Source: Octopus sinensis
Taxonomy: Eukaryota
Assembly (NCBI RefSeq): GCF_006345805.1
Contig: NC_043007.1
Coordinates: forward strand, 58,528,001 to 58,592,000
Length of the DNA: 64,000 nucleotides
Reading direction: 5' to 3'
The notes beneath the pieces were generated by a model. The model was not told where the DNA came from. It ran no database searches and saw only the letters and a program-made list of their open reading frames with translations. Shown here one piece after another: positions 51,081 through 63,899 of the stretch. The stretch's first letter is position 1, and every line of letters begins with the position of its first letter. A program made the translations under genes and the position numbers.

Positions 51081-53899
51081 ACTGCTTAGCAGGGTACTGA
51101 GGTTGGTTGTATTGTCATCGGGAAAGCCACTCATGAAGGCCATTTGTGCTGCTTTCTTAAGTCCCTCACTGGTAAGACCAGGCGCGTCAGTGCAACTACA
51201 ACAGTTGCCAGGTGGCAACAAAATGGAAATGAGAGAGCTCATCGTTCAAGTCCATGTGTTGACACAAAACACCGGGCAGAAGGCAGTGGGGATGGTGGCT
51301 ACAGAATCTCACGATGCTGCATGATAGCTGGTGAAGGACGAAAAGTGGTCTGCTGTGAAATGACAGCGGCCATTCACAGGCCAGTGTTTTAAGTGCCAAG
51401 GACTGCACATGGTGAGGGACTGTGCGGTGATCATGATCAACCATGTGGTAGACAGGATTGACGTAGTAATGGGGATGGACACAATCAACCGTCTTGGAGG
51501 TGTCAGTGTTGGAGGAGACATGGTTTCATTTGGTGCCGTGGAGGTGTTGTGCACCATGAGTCAGGAATGTGAGTGGGAGTAGAGCACAACGAGGAAGTGC
51601 ACTGCCTACACCATTGAAAACAAGGATTTTCAGGTGGCGTTCAATGGTCAACAATGGACAATAGAGTGATATGGGAAAGAGAGATCCCCGACGCTGAAGA
51701 ACAGGGTGAGCTGCTACCAGCATCCCTGAAAGGGCATGCCAGGGGTGAGTTTGAAGAGGTAGAGAAGTGGATTTAGGAAGGTGTCCTTATCCTGTGGAAG
51801 GAGGAGGTGGTGAGTGAAGTGCTACCTCTAATGACAGCAGTGCAGCCAACAAAGGGCAATGTCAGGCCGGTACTGGACTTTTGGGAGATGAATGGCCACA
51901 TATTGTACCACATGGGTGGTGAAGTGACTGACATCTGCAGTGAGACGTTGCATGTATGGAGGCAGTTGACTAAGGCAGCGATGATCTTTGACTTGAAGTC
52001 AGCATATTTGCAGCTCCATGTGAGCAACAAACTGTGACAGTACCAACTGGTGCAATACAAGGACCACACATATTTCTTTGGGTTGAATTCTGCACGAAAG
52101 GTCATCATGACAGTGCTCAAATCCATCCTGGGAAAAGTGGATAGGATAAGAAGGGCCACCAGTTCCTACATAAATGACATCCTAGTGGAAAGATCGTAAT
52201 GCCTGCCACAGAGGTTGTGAGACATTTGAAGAAATATGAGCTGATCGCGAAGCCACCAGAGCCAATGGCTGGAGGAGCTGCACTGGGGCTTAAGCTACAA
52301 AGAAACAGAACAGGCGAGTTGGTGTTTCGTAGGACGAACAAGATCCCAGAGCTGGGTACCACCATCAGCAGGAGAGAACTCAATGTGCGGGAAGTTAGTA
52401 GGTCACTACTCGATTGCAGGGTGGCTGCGTATGGCGAGCAGTTACACCAAGAGATGAGCAGAAGGGGAGAAGTGGAATGACAAGGTCAGAGATGGGATGG
52501 TAGCCATGATGCAGGAAATCCTGGAGAGGATGAGAGCAGAAGACCCAGTCAGAGGGAACTGGCATGTGCCCAAATTGGATAGCAGGATCATATAGTGTGA
52601 TGCTAGCAGCACTGCGATAGGGGTTGTGTTGAAAATTGGAGGTACAGAAGTGGAGGATGCTGCCTGGCTTCGAAAAGCAAATGACTACAACCACATGTCA
52701 CCGAGTTGGACGCAGTGCTGAAGAGAGTGAATTTGGCCTTGAAATGGGGGCTACACTCCATCAAAAACAGGATGGATTCTGCTTCCCTGCAATCCATTGA
52801 CCCTGCTCCAGGTGTGTATGAGCAGGGAAACATTTCGTTAGAGTACAACTGGAGACAATTAGCAGTGGATGTAACACACCACTGGCAGGAGATGAATCTC
52901 TCAATGGTCAATTGTGGGCCAGGCCAGGCCAGATAGCCATTTGGAGGGAATTAAGAACAGGCACTGCGAACAAGAAGGCACATATTTTAAATGAAGTATT
53001 CTTAGAGCGGGGCCCTGTGGACGAATTGCTGATGAACAACAGCATGACATTTTGTTCAGAAGCGCTGAAGGAGCTGCTTGACAGGTGGAAAGTGCACCGC
53101 TTTTTCAGAGCGGCATACAGGCCGGGTGGAAAGGGGATCGTAGAGAGACATCATCAAACGATCAAGGCCATGGTGGAGAGGGAACATATCTTGCCACTGG
53201 AAGCAGTGTTCTGGTACATGTCTCCCCGATCAGGACAGACCAAAGAGTCCATGCCACATAGTGCAATGTTCAAATATGAATGGCAGCAGCCTAGTAAACT
53301 ATCAAGATGCTCTGTAGAAGAGACAGGCCCTGACTTTGTGGAGGTGAGAGATGAAGTCTGGGTCAAGCCACCAAACGCATGCTGCACAACTCAGTGGAAC
53401 AGAAGAATAGTGACAGCTGTCAATTCCAAAAACAACATCTCTGTAAATGGAATGCCGTGTCATGTCTTGGATGTTCGTTGGATTGTCGCTTCATAGGATG
53501 ATGATTGTGGAGAGGAAGAAAAGAATGAGATTCCCAGCAAGGCACACACCCAAGTGGGTGGTAGATTTCGACAGAGTGAAGTGAAGAAGTGATCTTTGAG
53601 ATCAGAGGGTGTATGTGGGGATGAGTCAGAAGAAGAGGGCCATGATGTCAATGGTCAGGGGACTGACTGGAAGAGGAAGCATGAGAAGGGAAGTGCAGGG
53701 GAGACAGGACAAGGTTGGCCTCTTTTGGCTGGCCGAGGCATCGGAACGGACGTCAGGGAATTCACTCACAGGCTGGTCAGATAGCAGCTGCTTATACTGG
53801 GTGATAGTGTAGGGCAGGATCACTGGAGTGACTACTACTAGACAAGCGCAGACAAGAGAGGAAGGTAGGTGAACCACTTTCCGTTTCCCATGCACGACA
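51081..53899 (+). mobile_element. 5'-truncated, decayed Ty3/Gypsy-type LTR retrotransposon, antisense in a RAB29 intron
   Basis: CFKCQGLHMVRDC knuckle at 51385-51423; VMGMD; VRPVLDF; DLKSAYLQ; YINDILV at 52167; RNase H DASS/ELDAVLK; integrase ERGP..GIVERHHQTIK. Putative 3' LTR at ~53614-53899 (TGT...ACA). Confidence 0.85.
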
Positions 53900-53992
53900 G
53901 GAATCAAATGTGAAAATATTATCAAGGAGCTAGCAGAAAACCATCCAGAGGGCTGTCTCTCTGCTAGTTGTTATTAATGTTATTATTATCAC

Positions 53993-54665
53993 TAAGGCAG
54001 TGAGCTGGCAAAATCATTGTTAATGTGGGCAAAATGCTTAACAGCATTTCATCCATCTGAAATTTCTGAGTTCAAATTCCACCTAGGTCAACTTTGCCTT
54101 TCAACCTTTCAGGGTCAATAAAATAAGTACCAGTTGAATATTGAGCACTGGGGTTGATGTAATCAAATTACCTCCTCCCCATAAACCTCTGGCCTTGTGC
54201 CAAAATTTGAAACAATATTATCAGTAGTAGTAGTAGTAGTAGTAAGAAGAAAACAGGGAGTAGCAAATGAAATTCTCTTGTATCTATATCCAGAGTTCAA
54301 AAATTGCCATGGGTTGACTTTGCCTTTCGTTTTTTCAGTCAACAAAAAGGAGCACTAGTCTAGTACTGATGTAGATAGTATCAACAACATAGACTTCAAA
54401 CTGTTCAACCTTGTGCCAGTATTACAAATTATTATTAAAATGGTCATAAGACAGCAAGCAAGCAAAATCATTAGTACGCCAAGTGAAATGATTAGCAGTA
54501 TTTCATCTGCTGCTACATTCTGAGTTCAAATTCCACTGAGTTTGACTTTGCCTTTCATCCTTTCAGAGTTGATAAACTAAGTACCAGTCAAGTACTGGGG
54601 TCGATGTGATCAACTTTCTCCTCCCCAAAAATTTCAGGTCTTGTGCTACAGTAGAAAGGATTTTA
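53993..54665 (+). mobile_element. Cluster of three old, CpG-depleted family A SINE copies
   Basis: gagttcaaattccacctaggtcaactttgcc and similar bodies. Confidence 0.8.
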
Positions 54666-55556
54666 ATAATGGAAGGCAAGGTTTACGATACTGGAAGAAT
54701 ATTGTCTCCTTCCATCATTCTTCTTGATCTTTATGTAGTTCAGGCTTTCGGCAGGCGAAGAGAAAATACTTCAAGTACATCTGCTATTTACAACTGGTTT
54801 ATTTACAGGAAAGGTGAAGTGTGCTGCTCTCAGCTACCATCTCAAGCTCTGATAGTGTGGGCACATAGCCACTGGAGATAAACAGGCAGAAAGCTTTGCC
54901 AGTGTTGGTGTTCAGCCAAATGCTGCTGTGTAATGGCACCAAAAGAGGCTGGTCTGAATTGGTTTCCCGTTTATATAGTTTTCTCCAACGCAAGCCTCGT
55001 TGTGATCTCTCGCATAGCAAATGGATGCAGGTGAGGTCTGGCTCCAGTCTCAGAGATGGCAATGGCTGCTGTAATATCTCATCCAATATGGCGCTGGCTG
55101 TTTGTGCTGCTACAGGATTATTAAAATGGTCATATAATTGAAAACCTGAGTCTTTGACTCTTCCTTTGCTACATTGCTGACAATAACCTCCAGCAATTCA
55201 CTTGCAAGCTTTCCTTTAACCACACTTAATCTTCAGTGTAAAAGCAATTTGTTTTTGTTCTTTGTTTTTGTTATAAAGACATTATGAGTGAGTGGAATCA
55301 ATCATTTCAATTTAATTCAAAAATAGATAATGTTTAAAGTAAACAAAGTAAAATAAAGTTGGTATTCTGTCACAAATGGAAAATTCCAAGGTTTTAAAAC
55401 AAGTCCTTCGTCAAGGAGAGAGAAAAGTTAAGTTCTTAGTTGAAACAGGAAAGAAAGATATGACTGAGGGGTATCAAGCAGAGTTGCCCATGCATGGGAG
55501 AAAAGTAGTAAGGAAGAGAGCAAAAGAGTGAGAGAGAGGATAATAATGTTAGTTAC

Positions 55557-55738
55557 CTTGTTAGCCAATAAGATACATGGCACTGGTGAGTTGTCAGATA
55601 AGGTACATTTTGAGTCAAGATCTTTCTTCCATAGTGCTGCACTCTTGAAAGTTTGTGACTGTGTTATGTCACACATCACAACACAACCAAACGCATCTTT
55701 GTAGTACACACGTGTCATCGATGTGTAACGTTCCTGTC
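55557..55738 (-). CDS. RAB29: RAB29/Rab7L1-like GTPase, coding exon (182 bp, phase 1 to 0): GQERYTSMTRVYYKDAFGCVVMCDIT...PVPCILLANK
   Basis: TTCAG acceptor and GTAACT donor; switch II GQER.TSMTR.YY and WK.DLDSK...PVPC.LLANK of the Rab32/38/29 subfamily. Confidence 0.92.
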
Positions 55739-55863
55739 CTGAATACAGAAAGTAATGAATGATAAACATAACTAGATGTTTGTTTTTATTTATATATACA
55801 TACATATATTATTATTTAAATTGATTATTTATATATATATACATACATACATATATATATATT

Positions 55864-56585
55864 ATATACCAGCTGACATACCCAGTAATTCCTGGGAAAG
55901 CGGGGTTTATCCCTTGGTTCTGTTCTCATAATTGCTTCGCTAATCCAATAACAACAATACAAAGTACGTAGCCCTTAAAACAGTTTTTGTGCATTTACAG
56001 AGAACAGTGATCTGTCTTACACAGGATTTTGTTTTTAGGAATTCCCAATAAGTTATGAATTCTCAAATTCTAAGGTCAGTTATGTAATAACATGAAATTA
56101 GTTATCCGAGAGTAAGAATTCAAATAAAGTAGCCCCGAAAAGGGCTTTAATTTGTTCCCAGAGTATATAGAACTTAGGAGGAAATACTAATAAGGTATGT
56201 ATACTAAAATTGTGAAGCATGTTACGTAATAATGGGCTAATCAGATAAGAGATAACAACAATTCAAAGTAAATAACTCTGTAAAGGGCTTTTTGTGCATT
56301 CCCAGAGAATATTACCCTCAATGGCACTAGTGTTGGTATATTCATGAATAAGTCACTAACCAAAATAAGTGGATCTATTTTTAGGAAAATACTATCTACT
56401 TGTTTAAGGGTTATACTGCACAAATTGCAAAAATAACTAACAGTTCAAATACTAAGAAATAAGCATACTCAATTTGATTTATACTAAATGATTTAGGAAA
56501 ATGAATGAGTTATTTCCCTTGGCTATTAAAATCTAGGCGGATGGGTTATTTCCCTTGGCTGTTGAACTATATTAAATGTAAGGAT
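55864..56585 (+). mobile_element. Possible Helitron-like non-autonomous element
   Basis: Starts TACCAGCTGACATACCCAG and ends ...TATATTAAATGTAAGGAT, resembling Helitron-like termini; the boundaries are not demonstrated. Confidence 0.3.
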
Positions 56586-56774
56586 CCCTTTCAGGGGCCC
56601 TATTATCGATTCTTTTTCAACAATCTGAGTATGCCATGAGGTTTCCAGACATGAGTTCTACTCACATGTCAAGTTTCAACAAAATCCATAAACCTATGTA
56701 GAAGGAGTTAGCTAACAACTCCAAAAACACATACACAGACAAAATTTCCCACACATGTAGTAGACATATATATG

Positions 56775-56940
56775 GGTACAGGTGTGGCTGTGTGGTAAGA
56801 TGTTTGTTTCTTAAACACATGGTTTCAGATTTAGTTCCACAGCGTGGAACATTGGGCAAGTGTCTTCTACTAGTTTCAGGTTGACCAAAGCCTTGAGAGT
56901 GGATTTGGTAAACAGAAACTGAAAGAAGCCCACTGTGTGC
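56775..56940 (+). mobile_element. Family B SINE (CpG-depleted)
   Basis: Homologous to 20325-20485. Confidence 0.8.
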
Positions 56941-57489
56941 ACAGGTATGCCTGTGCACAAACATGCAAGCATGTTTGTGGCTGCACATGCATGTACAGAA
57001 TGCCTGTGCTTGACATGTTTGCATCAAGAATACTGAAGTAGGAGGCATTCACATTATAATGTTATAGTTAAACTATATTGTAAAGATAATATTTCCTGGT
57101 CATTTCTACAAGTCATATTTGCCACACACATTTTTTAGAACTAGGATTGTACAACTATGCAATAATGCATGTAATGGATAAGGTGTACTGACCACCATAA
57201 TGGCATAAACTGGAACATAATTTTAAAAAATAAATGCCACACACACACACACACACACACAAATATATATCTCTTTTGTCTTTATTTTACTTGTTTCAGT
57301 CAGACTGTGGCCATGTTGGGGCACCGCCTTGAATTTTTAGTCGAATGAATTAACCCCAGTACTTTTTTGTTAAGACTGGTACTTTTTCTATTGGTCTCTT
57401 TTGCCAAAACTCTAAGTTACGGGGATGCAAACACACAAGCGCTGGTTGTCAAGTGATGGTGGAGAACAAACACTTACACACATATAACA

Positions 57490-57632
57490 GGCATTTTTCA
57501 GTTTCTATCTACCAAATCCACTCACAAGGCTTTGGTCAGCATGAAGTTATGGAAGACACTTGCCTAAGGTGCCACACAGTGGGACTGAACCCAGAACCAT
57601 GTGGTTGGGAAGCAAGCTTCTTACCACACATG
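57490..57632 (-). mobile_element. Family B SINE (CpG-depleted)
   Basis: Homologous to 20325-20485, with CpG converted to TpG/CpA. Confidence 0.8.
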
Positions 57633-59222
57633 CAACTTTATATATATATATTTATTGATTGTGTGTGTATATATATATATTATAAAATGACATTCCAGTT
57701 TATGCTGTATGCATATACATATGCATGTATGTCAACACACAGATACACGTTTATATGTTTTATGTTTGTAACAGTCTATAAAAGCTGAAATAGAAAGTGC
57801 ATAATGATATTAAAAACCATCATTATAATCATTTAATGTCCCATCTTCTCTGCTGGCATAGGTTGAACAGTTTGGCAAGATCTGGTGACCCAGAGGGTTG
57901 CATCATGCTACAATGTCTACTTTGGCATGGTTTCTATAGCTGGATGCTCTTCCTGATGGAAGCTAGTTTACAGAGTGAACTGGGTGCTTATTTTTTCTTT
58001 TTTTTCTTTTAGTACCAGCACTTGTGATGATTACTTCGTAGCTTGCAAGAATAAAAACCTAACGTGGCCTGTATAACAGAAAAAGGTTCCTACAACAGTA
58101 TTAAGATAGTAGTTGTCAGAAATCGATACTGACAATATTGTTTGTGAAAATATATTTAAAAACAAAATTAAATTTGTTTTGTTTTGAATAGGGTTCTAGA
58201 CATACAAGAGATTCGTCACCTTTTGGGGAACTCTTTTAAAACTTTTGTGGAAACTGAAGAAAACACAAATTGAAGATTACTACAATAGGAATCAGCATAT
58301 CAAGATATTGAACTGTCTTCACACCAGAGTCCTGGTCCAAGTGCCTGCAACAGAATAGATTCTGCAAAAAGTAGCCAAGAATCAGTTGATGGCCTTAAAC
58401 CAAGGGACATTAAGTCTCTAATAGAAAGACTTGAACAGCCTCCCAATAATCATTTTATTTATTTCAAATACCCAGTTGGATACTGTTTAACGCTAACCAC
58501 TCAACCATGAAGTAATAGTAGTACCTTATTCTGTTACTTGGAAAGTCTGACAAATCGTAATGTAATATGAAATCAGTCAGGTTACAACAGTTGAATGATT
58601 AGACTGTAATTCTTTTTTTCCAGTTCACAAGGGAAAAACCAAGCTTACTGAAGGTTGTAAAGTTGTTCAACCAAATGAATTTAACAAATTAAATCAAAAG
58701 TAGCTTCAAATCACACTTTAATAAAGTAAGATATAAATTGAGTATATATTTCTAGTAAGAATATTGAAATTGTGTTAAAAATAATACTCAGTCAAAGCTC
58801 AAAAATAGATGTCCAAATCAAACAAAGTTTATCTAGGGTGCGTAAAAGTATGAAGTTCTTAATCCAATAAACCTTTACTATTGAAAAGCCTTAGCCTCAC
58901 CATTGCCCATGGCATGACAATGCTGTGAGTGTGTTGACTTGCTTCAGTAGGTTCCGGCGAACCTTGTGGTGTGCAATCAATTGAGACACTTAGTATTGAA
59001 TTGACATTCTTTTTTTCTTTCTTTGTTCCACTTATCCATTTTTTTTTCCTGGTTTTGGATTTCTATTTTTGATGTGGTTTTGTATTATATATGCATCATA
59101 TATGTATATATTGTATACCAATAAAAGGAAAAGAAAACGTGTTTACAATGTAAGATCATTTGCTTACAACAGTATAACCATTGTCAGCCATTTGATAAGA
59201 CAAATATTTTAAGGCTTTCTAC

Positions 59223-59294
59223 CTGCAATATCCCACAGTTGCAGCTTGACTGCTTCAGTCGGGCTCCATTGTATCAATTTCAAACCAAAATCAA
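59223..59294 (-). CDS. RAB29: RAB29/Rab7L1-like GTPase, coding exon (72 bp, phase 1 to 1): (V)DFGLKLIQWSPTEAVKLQLWDIA(G)
   Basis: CTTTTCTCTTTAG acceptor and GTAGA donor. G3 WDIAG joins in frame to the GA CAG GAA of the next exon. Confidence 0.92.
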
Positions 59295-62200
59295 CTAAAG
59301 AGAAAAGAAAAAAAGAAGGAAGGTAACATGAAATGGTTGAGAATGTTTATACCCTCAGTATTGTTACACATCAGCATAACACATCCACATTATTTAACAT
59401 CAAATGCACTTACACATCATTTTTGGTAGCACTTACATTAGACGATATATATCATATTTAACCAGCCTTGTGGAGGGATGAAATAGCTATTACTTAACTA
59501 AACAAAAGTCATTTTGATGTGCTTTAAAACAAACTACTTCTATAGCAAGTTTGTATAAAAGGAGATTATAAAAATAATGCTATTTTGCTTTGAGCCCCAG
59601 TTTTGCATTACTTTTTACCTTCTTAAATGTTTAATCTGTTTTGGGTTTTATTTTTCTATCATTTACAACAGTGTTCTACATTATGTTTTATCCTCCTTAA
59701 TCCCACATTCATTCATCACAATACAACTGATCTAAGATAAAATTACATTTGCCATTGGGAGTACAAGGTTATAGTTTAATGCATATCTCAGCAGCATTTT
59801 AGTATCAGTTTATTTTACACATTGTACTATTTCTATCAGATTTAGAAAGATTTCTGCTACAAAGAAAAGTTAGTTGAGTTGGAGGGGTATAATTTGATTT
59901 GGTCACACGTTCCCTACATCAAGCTTACAAACAATTAGACGGAACAAAAAAATAATTGCAAATTATAACCACAATTAGACAGAACAAACAGAGTTATTAA
60001 CATAATTGTTTCAAAAAATCCAAAAAGGAAACTCATTCTATAAAATGACATTGCTCTTATTGGTTAACAATACTGCTATAAATGTCAACAGATTGGCTTT
60101 AAAATTCATTGTTAAATTCAGTTAAGTCAGTAAAGATTTCATTAGAACAGTTCTACAAATAAAGACATGGAAAGAGAGGGTAATAATGGGTAAAGTTACC
60201 TATTTCTCTTCAGAAAACAGTCTGGTGGGAGGCTATATTAAGACAGTCAGCTAAAAGTAGCAATTAATATCGCTTTAATAAAGAGAAAATACTGGCTGAA
60301 GAGGACTAAAAGTGGTGTCAGAAACAGTGGACAGGCATTCTGTTGAAGCCAAGTGGAATATTCTGGCAATTATGATGGTGCATAAATTATGTCCTGTTCT
60401 AGGAAATCTCCCTCATAAACCTTTTGTTCCCACATTTTTTTCCACTTGACAAGGATTCTGTCTGCAACATTTCATTCATTCTGCTAGGCATTTTTACAAA
60501 GTTTTAACTTAAATGAAAATTGGTGAGCACTACAGTACAAATACTAAAATCAATTTCCTATTGTAGCTACTATACTTATTTAATTTCTTTGAAAAAGCCA
60601 AAATGTCATCATCATCAGCAACATTTAACATCCATTTTCCATGCTGGTATGGGCTGGACAACTTGACAGGGACTGGCAAGACCAAGTTCCATAGTCTGTC
60701 TAGGCTTGGTTTCTACAGCTAGATGCCATTCCTAATGCCAACCACTTTACAGAGTGTACAAGGAGATTTTCACATGGTATCAGTACTTTTTACATCAGTG
60801 CTTTTTACATGGCACCTTGGCTTTAGGATCCCAATTCTGTTGTGGTGGGCAGGACTTCTTGAGTACAGCAACGCACCACATATCACTACTTCCAATCATC
60901 TACAGTCAGAAATTAACAGGTGGGGATATAAAAAATCAAGAAATTTTAAGCACAGACTGACCAATGCCATTTGACAATTTGGTAAACAAAAACTGAGCAA
61001 GTAACCATCAGTTAGGTGCACATGGGCATACACATGTGTACACAAGCATTTGTGCCTATCTCACTGCTTGGCAACTGATATTAATTCATTTACATCCCAA
61101 TAACCTTACCAGTTTGGTAGAGAGAGAGAATAGGTACTAGACTTAGTACTGGAGTCAACTTGATCAACCAAACCCGTCAAGGCGATGCTCCTTCATGGCA
61201 ACAAAACAAAAGAAAAATTAATGATTGAACAAGATGAGCAAATAAACTAACCTAATTCAAATGGAACTCGATCCAGTGTGATGTAAAATAGTGGAGACAG
61301 ATAGCCAGAACTGGATATGGTTACACTGAATGCATTACTGTGTGCGTGTGTGTGTAATAACCTATATAATAATTTAAAATGTTTCATGCTAGTAATGAGC
61401 TGGATGATTTGACAGAATCTGATGATCCAATGACCAACCTGCGTGCGTGCGTGCGTTAGTGTGTGTGTGCACGTGCATGCATAGCATATTGCTTTTATTG
61501 AAGCCAAAAATATCTTCACAAATTGTTACTCAAAATTTCTCATCACTGTTCATCAGACAGTTGTACTGAGCATGATCACAACTGTAATATGAAACTGAGT
61601 AACTGTTGGTGAAAATATTTTATAGCTTCAATAAAAGCTTATTACTCTACCTTCAGTGTTCAAGTACTATTTTTTAACACCTTGTTTTGCACTTATGTGC
61701 TTACTCAATATCTTAGGCAGTCACTATATGTGCAGCTCTATAAATGGTAATTATAACATAACAGACATCCCATTAATCTTAAATTGGGTTCTGAAACTGA
61801 AAGAACCTACAAGTTGTTGGGAAGTTTAGATATTTAAACTATTTAGGTTCATTATCATTATTAAGACAATGTAAGTTTAACAAATAGTTGTTACTTGCAA
61901 TACAAAATTTATTATTCATTGTCTATCAAATATAGATCAATGCATCATTGGACAGTTCCCTATGGAAGGCCAATTATAAAATTGATTAAATAGGGTACTG
62001 GTATAAAATACTTCTATCATGAAGTAGGCTAGAAAGAGATTTACATTTGTAACAAGTAATCAACAAAACAGTTCAGTGAGCTGTGCATCTATTGTTTATA
62101 GCAATGAATTTACCAAGTCATATCAAATTTATTGCTGAACCAGTAACAATTAAGCATCTAGGCAATGGGCAGAGTCCAATAACAAAACTGGCAACTTAAT

Positions 62201-62425
62201 TTTTACAGCTGCTACAATGATTGCAAATATTTAAAATATTGCCTTTACATGTCACATGAACTGTAAATGGTATCTATTTACAGATAAACTGACTGGGTCA
62301 TAGATAGTTCATTGTAGCATGTGAACTATTAACCCTTCAGCCAGCAACTCAATACTCTCTGGAACTATGATATAAATGATAAATATTAATTGTTTAGTAC
62401 AAAAACAAATTCCTATTATCTAAAA

Positions 62426-62672
62426 CAGTGTTTCTCAACCATTTCTTTGCCTATGGACACCCTTTAGTTTCTATTTTACTCTGCTGGATCCTCCTATCCA
62501 TTTGGGGTTCTAAAAAATCTCGTTTTATGATTAAATATTATTAGGAATTGTATTAAGAAAAATTAAAATATTTTGTGTGTTATTGAAGTATAACCAACTT
62601 ATTAGAGGTAAATTTTAACAAAATCTTACATGGACTCCCAAGGGCCATATGGAGTCTGGTCAAGAACCACTG
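62426..62672. mobile_element. hAT (Charlie-type) MITE, 247 bp
   Basis: TIRs CAGTGTTTCTCAACC / GGTCAAGAACCACTG; perfect 8-bp TSD ATCTAAAA at 62418-62425 and 62673-62680. Confidence 0.9.
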
Positions 62673-63269
62673 ATCTAAAACTTCGTGAGGTCTAAACAGA
62701 ATTTTTGTCAATTTCTTACTGTACAGGACTAAGCTAAAACATGCTGAACACAGTATCATGAACAACTGGAACAAGATAACAGCAAGCATTAGATAATAAA
62801 ACAGATTGGTGACAGATTTATTTTGCTTTTAAAGTACCTACTTCAGATAGATATTAAAACTTTCAACAGGATGATTCTTCAAATTTCTCTGATATTAATT
62901 CACAACTGTCAACTTGGTTAACATAGTTCAGATGGAGAGCATAACATCATATGATTACAAAAACATTAATTCTTTGCACTATAATATTTTATAATTCTAG
63001 AGTACCGAAGTAAATGTACTTAGTTTTGCCTACCTGGGGCATTTTATTTGGGTGACAACTTTCAACCTGCTGAGGTTGCTAAAATTACTAATTATTGAAT
63101 AGCTCACCCTTCCAGTCATGTAGTGTAAAACAGAGTAATTCAATCTTGTACACTCAAATTATTTTGCAATGCCATAATTAAAAATATCTTCCAATATGTA
63201 ATGAGTGGTACAAAGTAGGAATTAAACTTTCAGTAAGCCAAGTTTTTATTCGCTAATTGTAGATATAGG

Positions 63270-63430
63270 AACAAGCATGGCGATATGATAAGAAGTTTGC
63301 TTCCCAACCATATGGTTCCAGGCTCAGTCCTACTGCATGGAACCTTGGGCAAGTGTCTTCTACTATAGTTTCAGGCCAACTAAAACCTTGTGAGTGGATT
63401 TGGTAGACAGAAACTAGAAAGACCATCATA
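63270..63430 (+). mobile_element. Family B SINE
   Basis: Homologous to the other B copies. Confidence 0.8.
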
Positions 63431-63899
63431 TGTGTGTGTGTGTGCGTGTGCAAAAGAAAAAGAAAACTAATTGGTACCCCAAGGTTGATAAAGTGTGGGT
63501 CATAAAGAGCTCTATTAACACACTGAGATAGCACTGACAGGAAGCCATCACTTTATGAAATGAACTCAGCCTCTAGGTAAACAGTTTTGGCATAAGTTGA
63601 TCAAAGGTTTTGCTTATATCAAAGAAAATACTACTAAAGAAGACATCTTTTAGTAAATTTCTCAGCTAATCTTACTTTTGCAAAAACTATTCTGGTGGTC
63701 ATTAGTAAAAGGAATTCAAGATGTTGGAGAAGATCTATGTTAATTACTCTCATCCCATCACCTTTAATATACTGAATTTGAAAACAATACATAGCTGGTG
63801 AAATCAGGAATTACCCTTCTTGGAAACACTACTGTATTTTACCAAAAGTCAGGATATAATTCTATAAAGAGAAATTGAACAGTTTGAGGCAAGCTTCAA

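Noticed and set aside
60296-60330. CTGAAGA...GAAAC hammerhead-like spacing (also minus-strand hits near 461 and 7968)
   Set aside because: Stem I and/or stem II do not pair, and the cleavage triplet is wrong.
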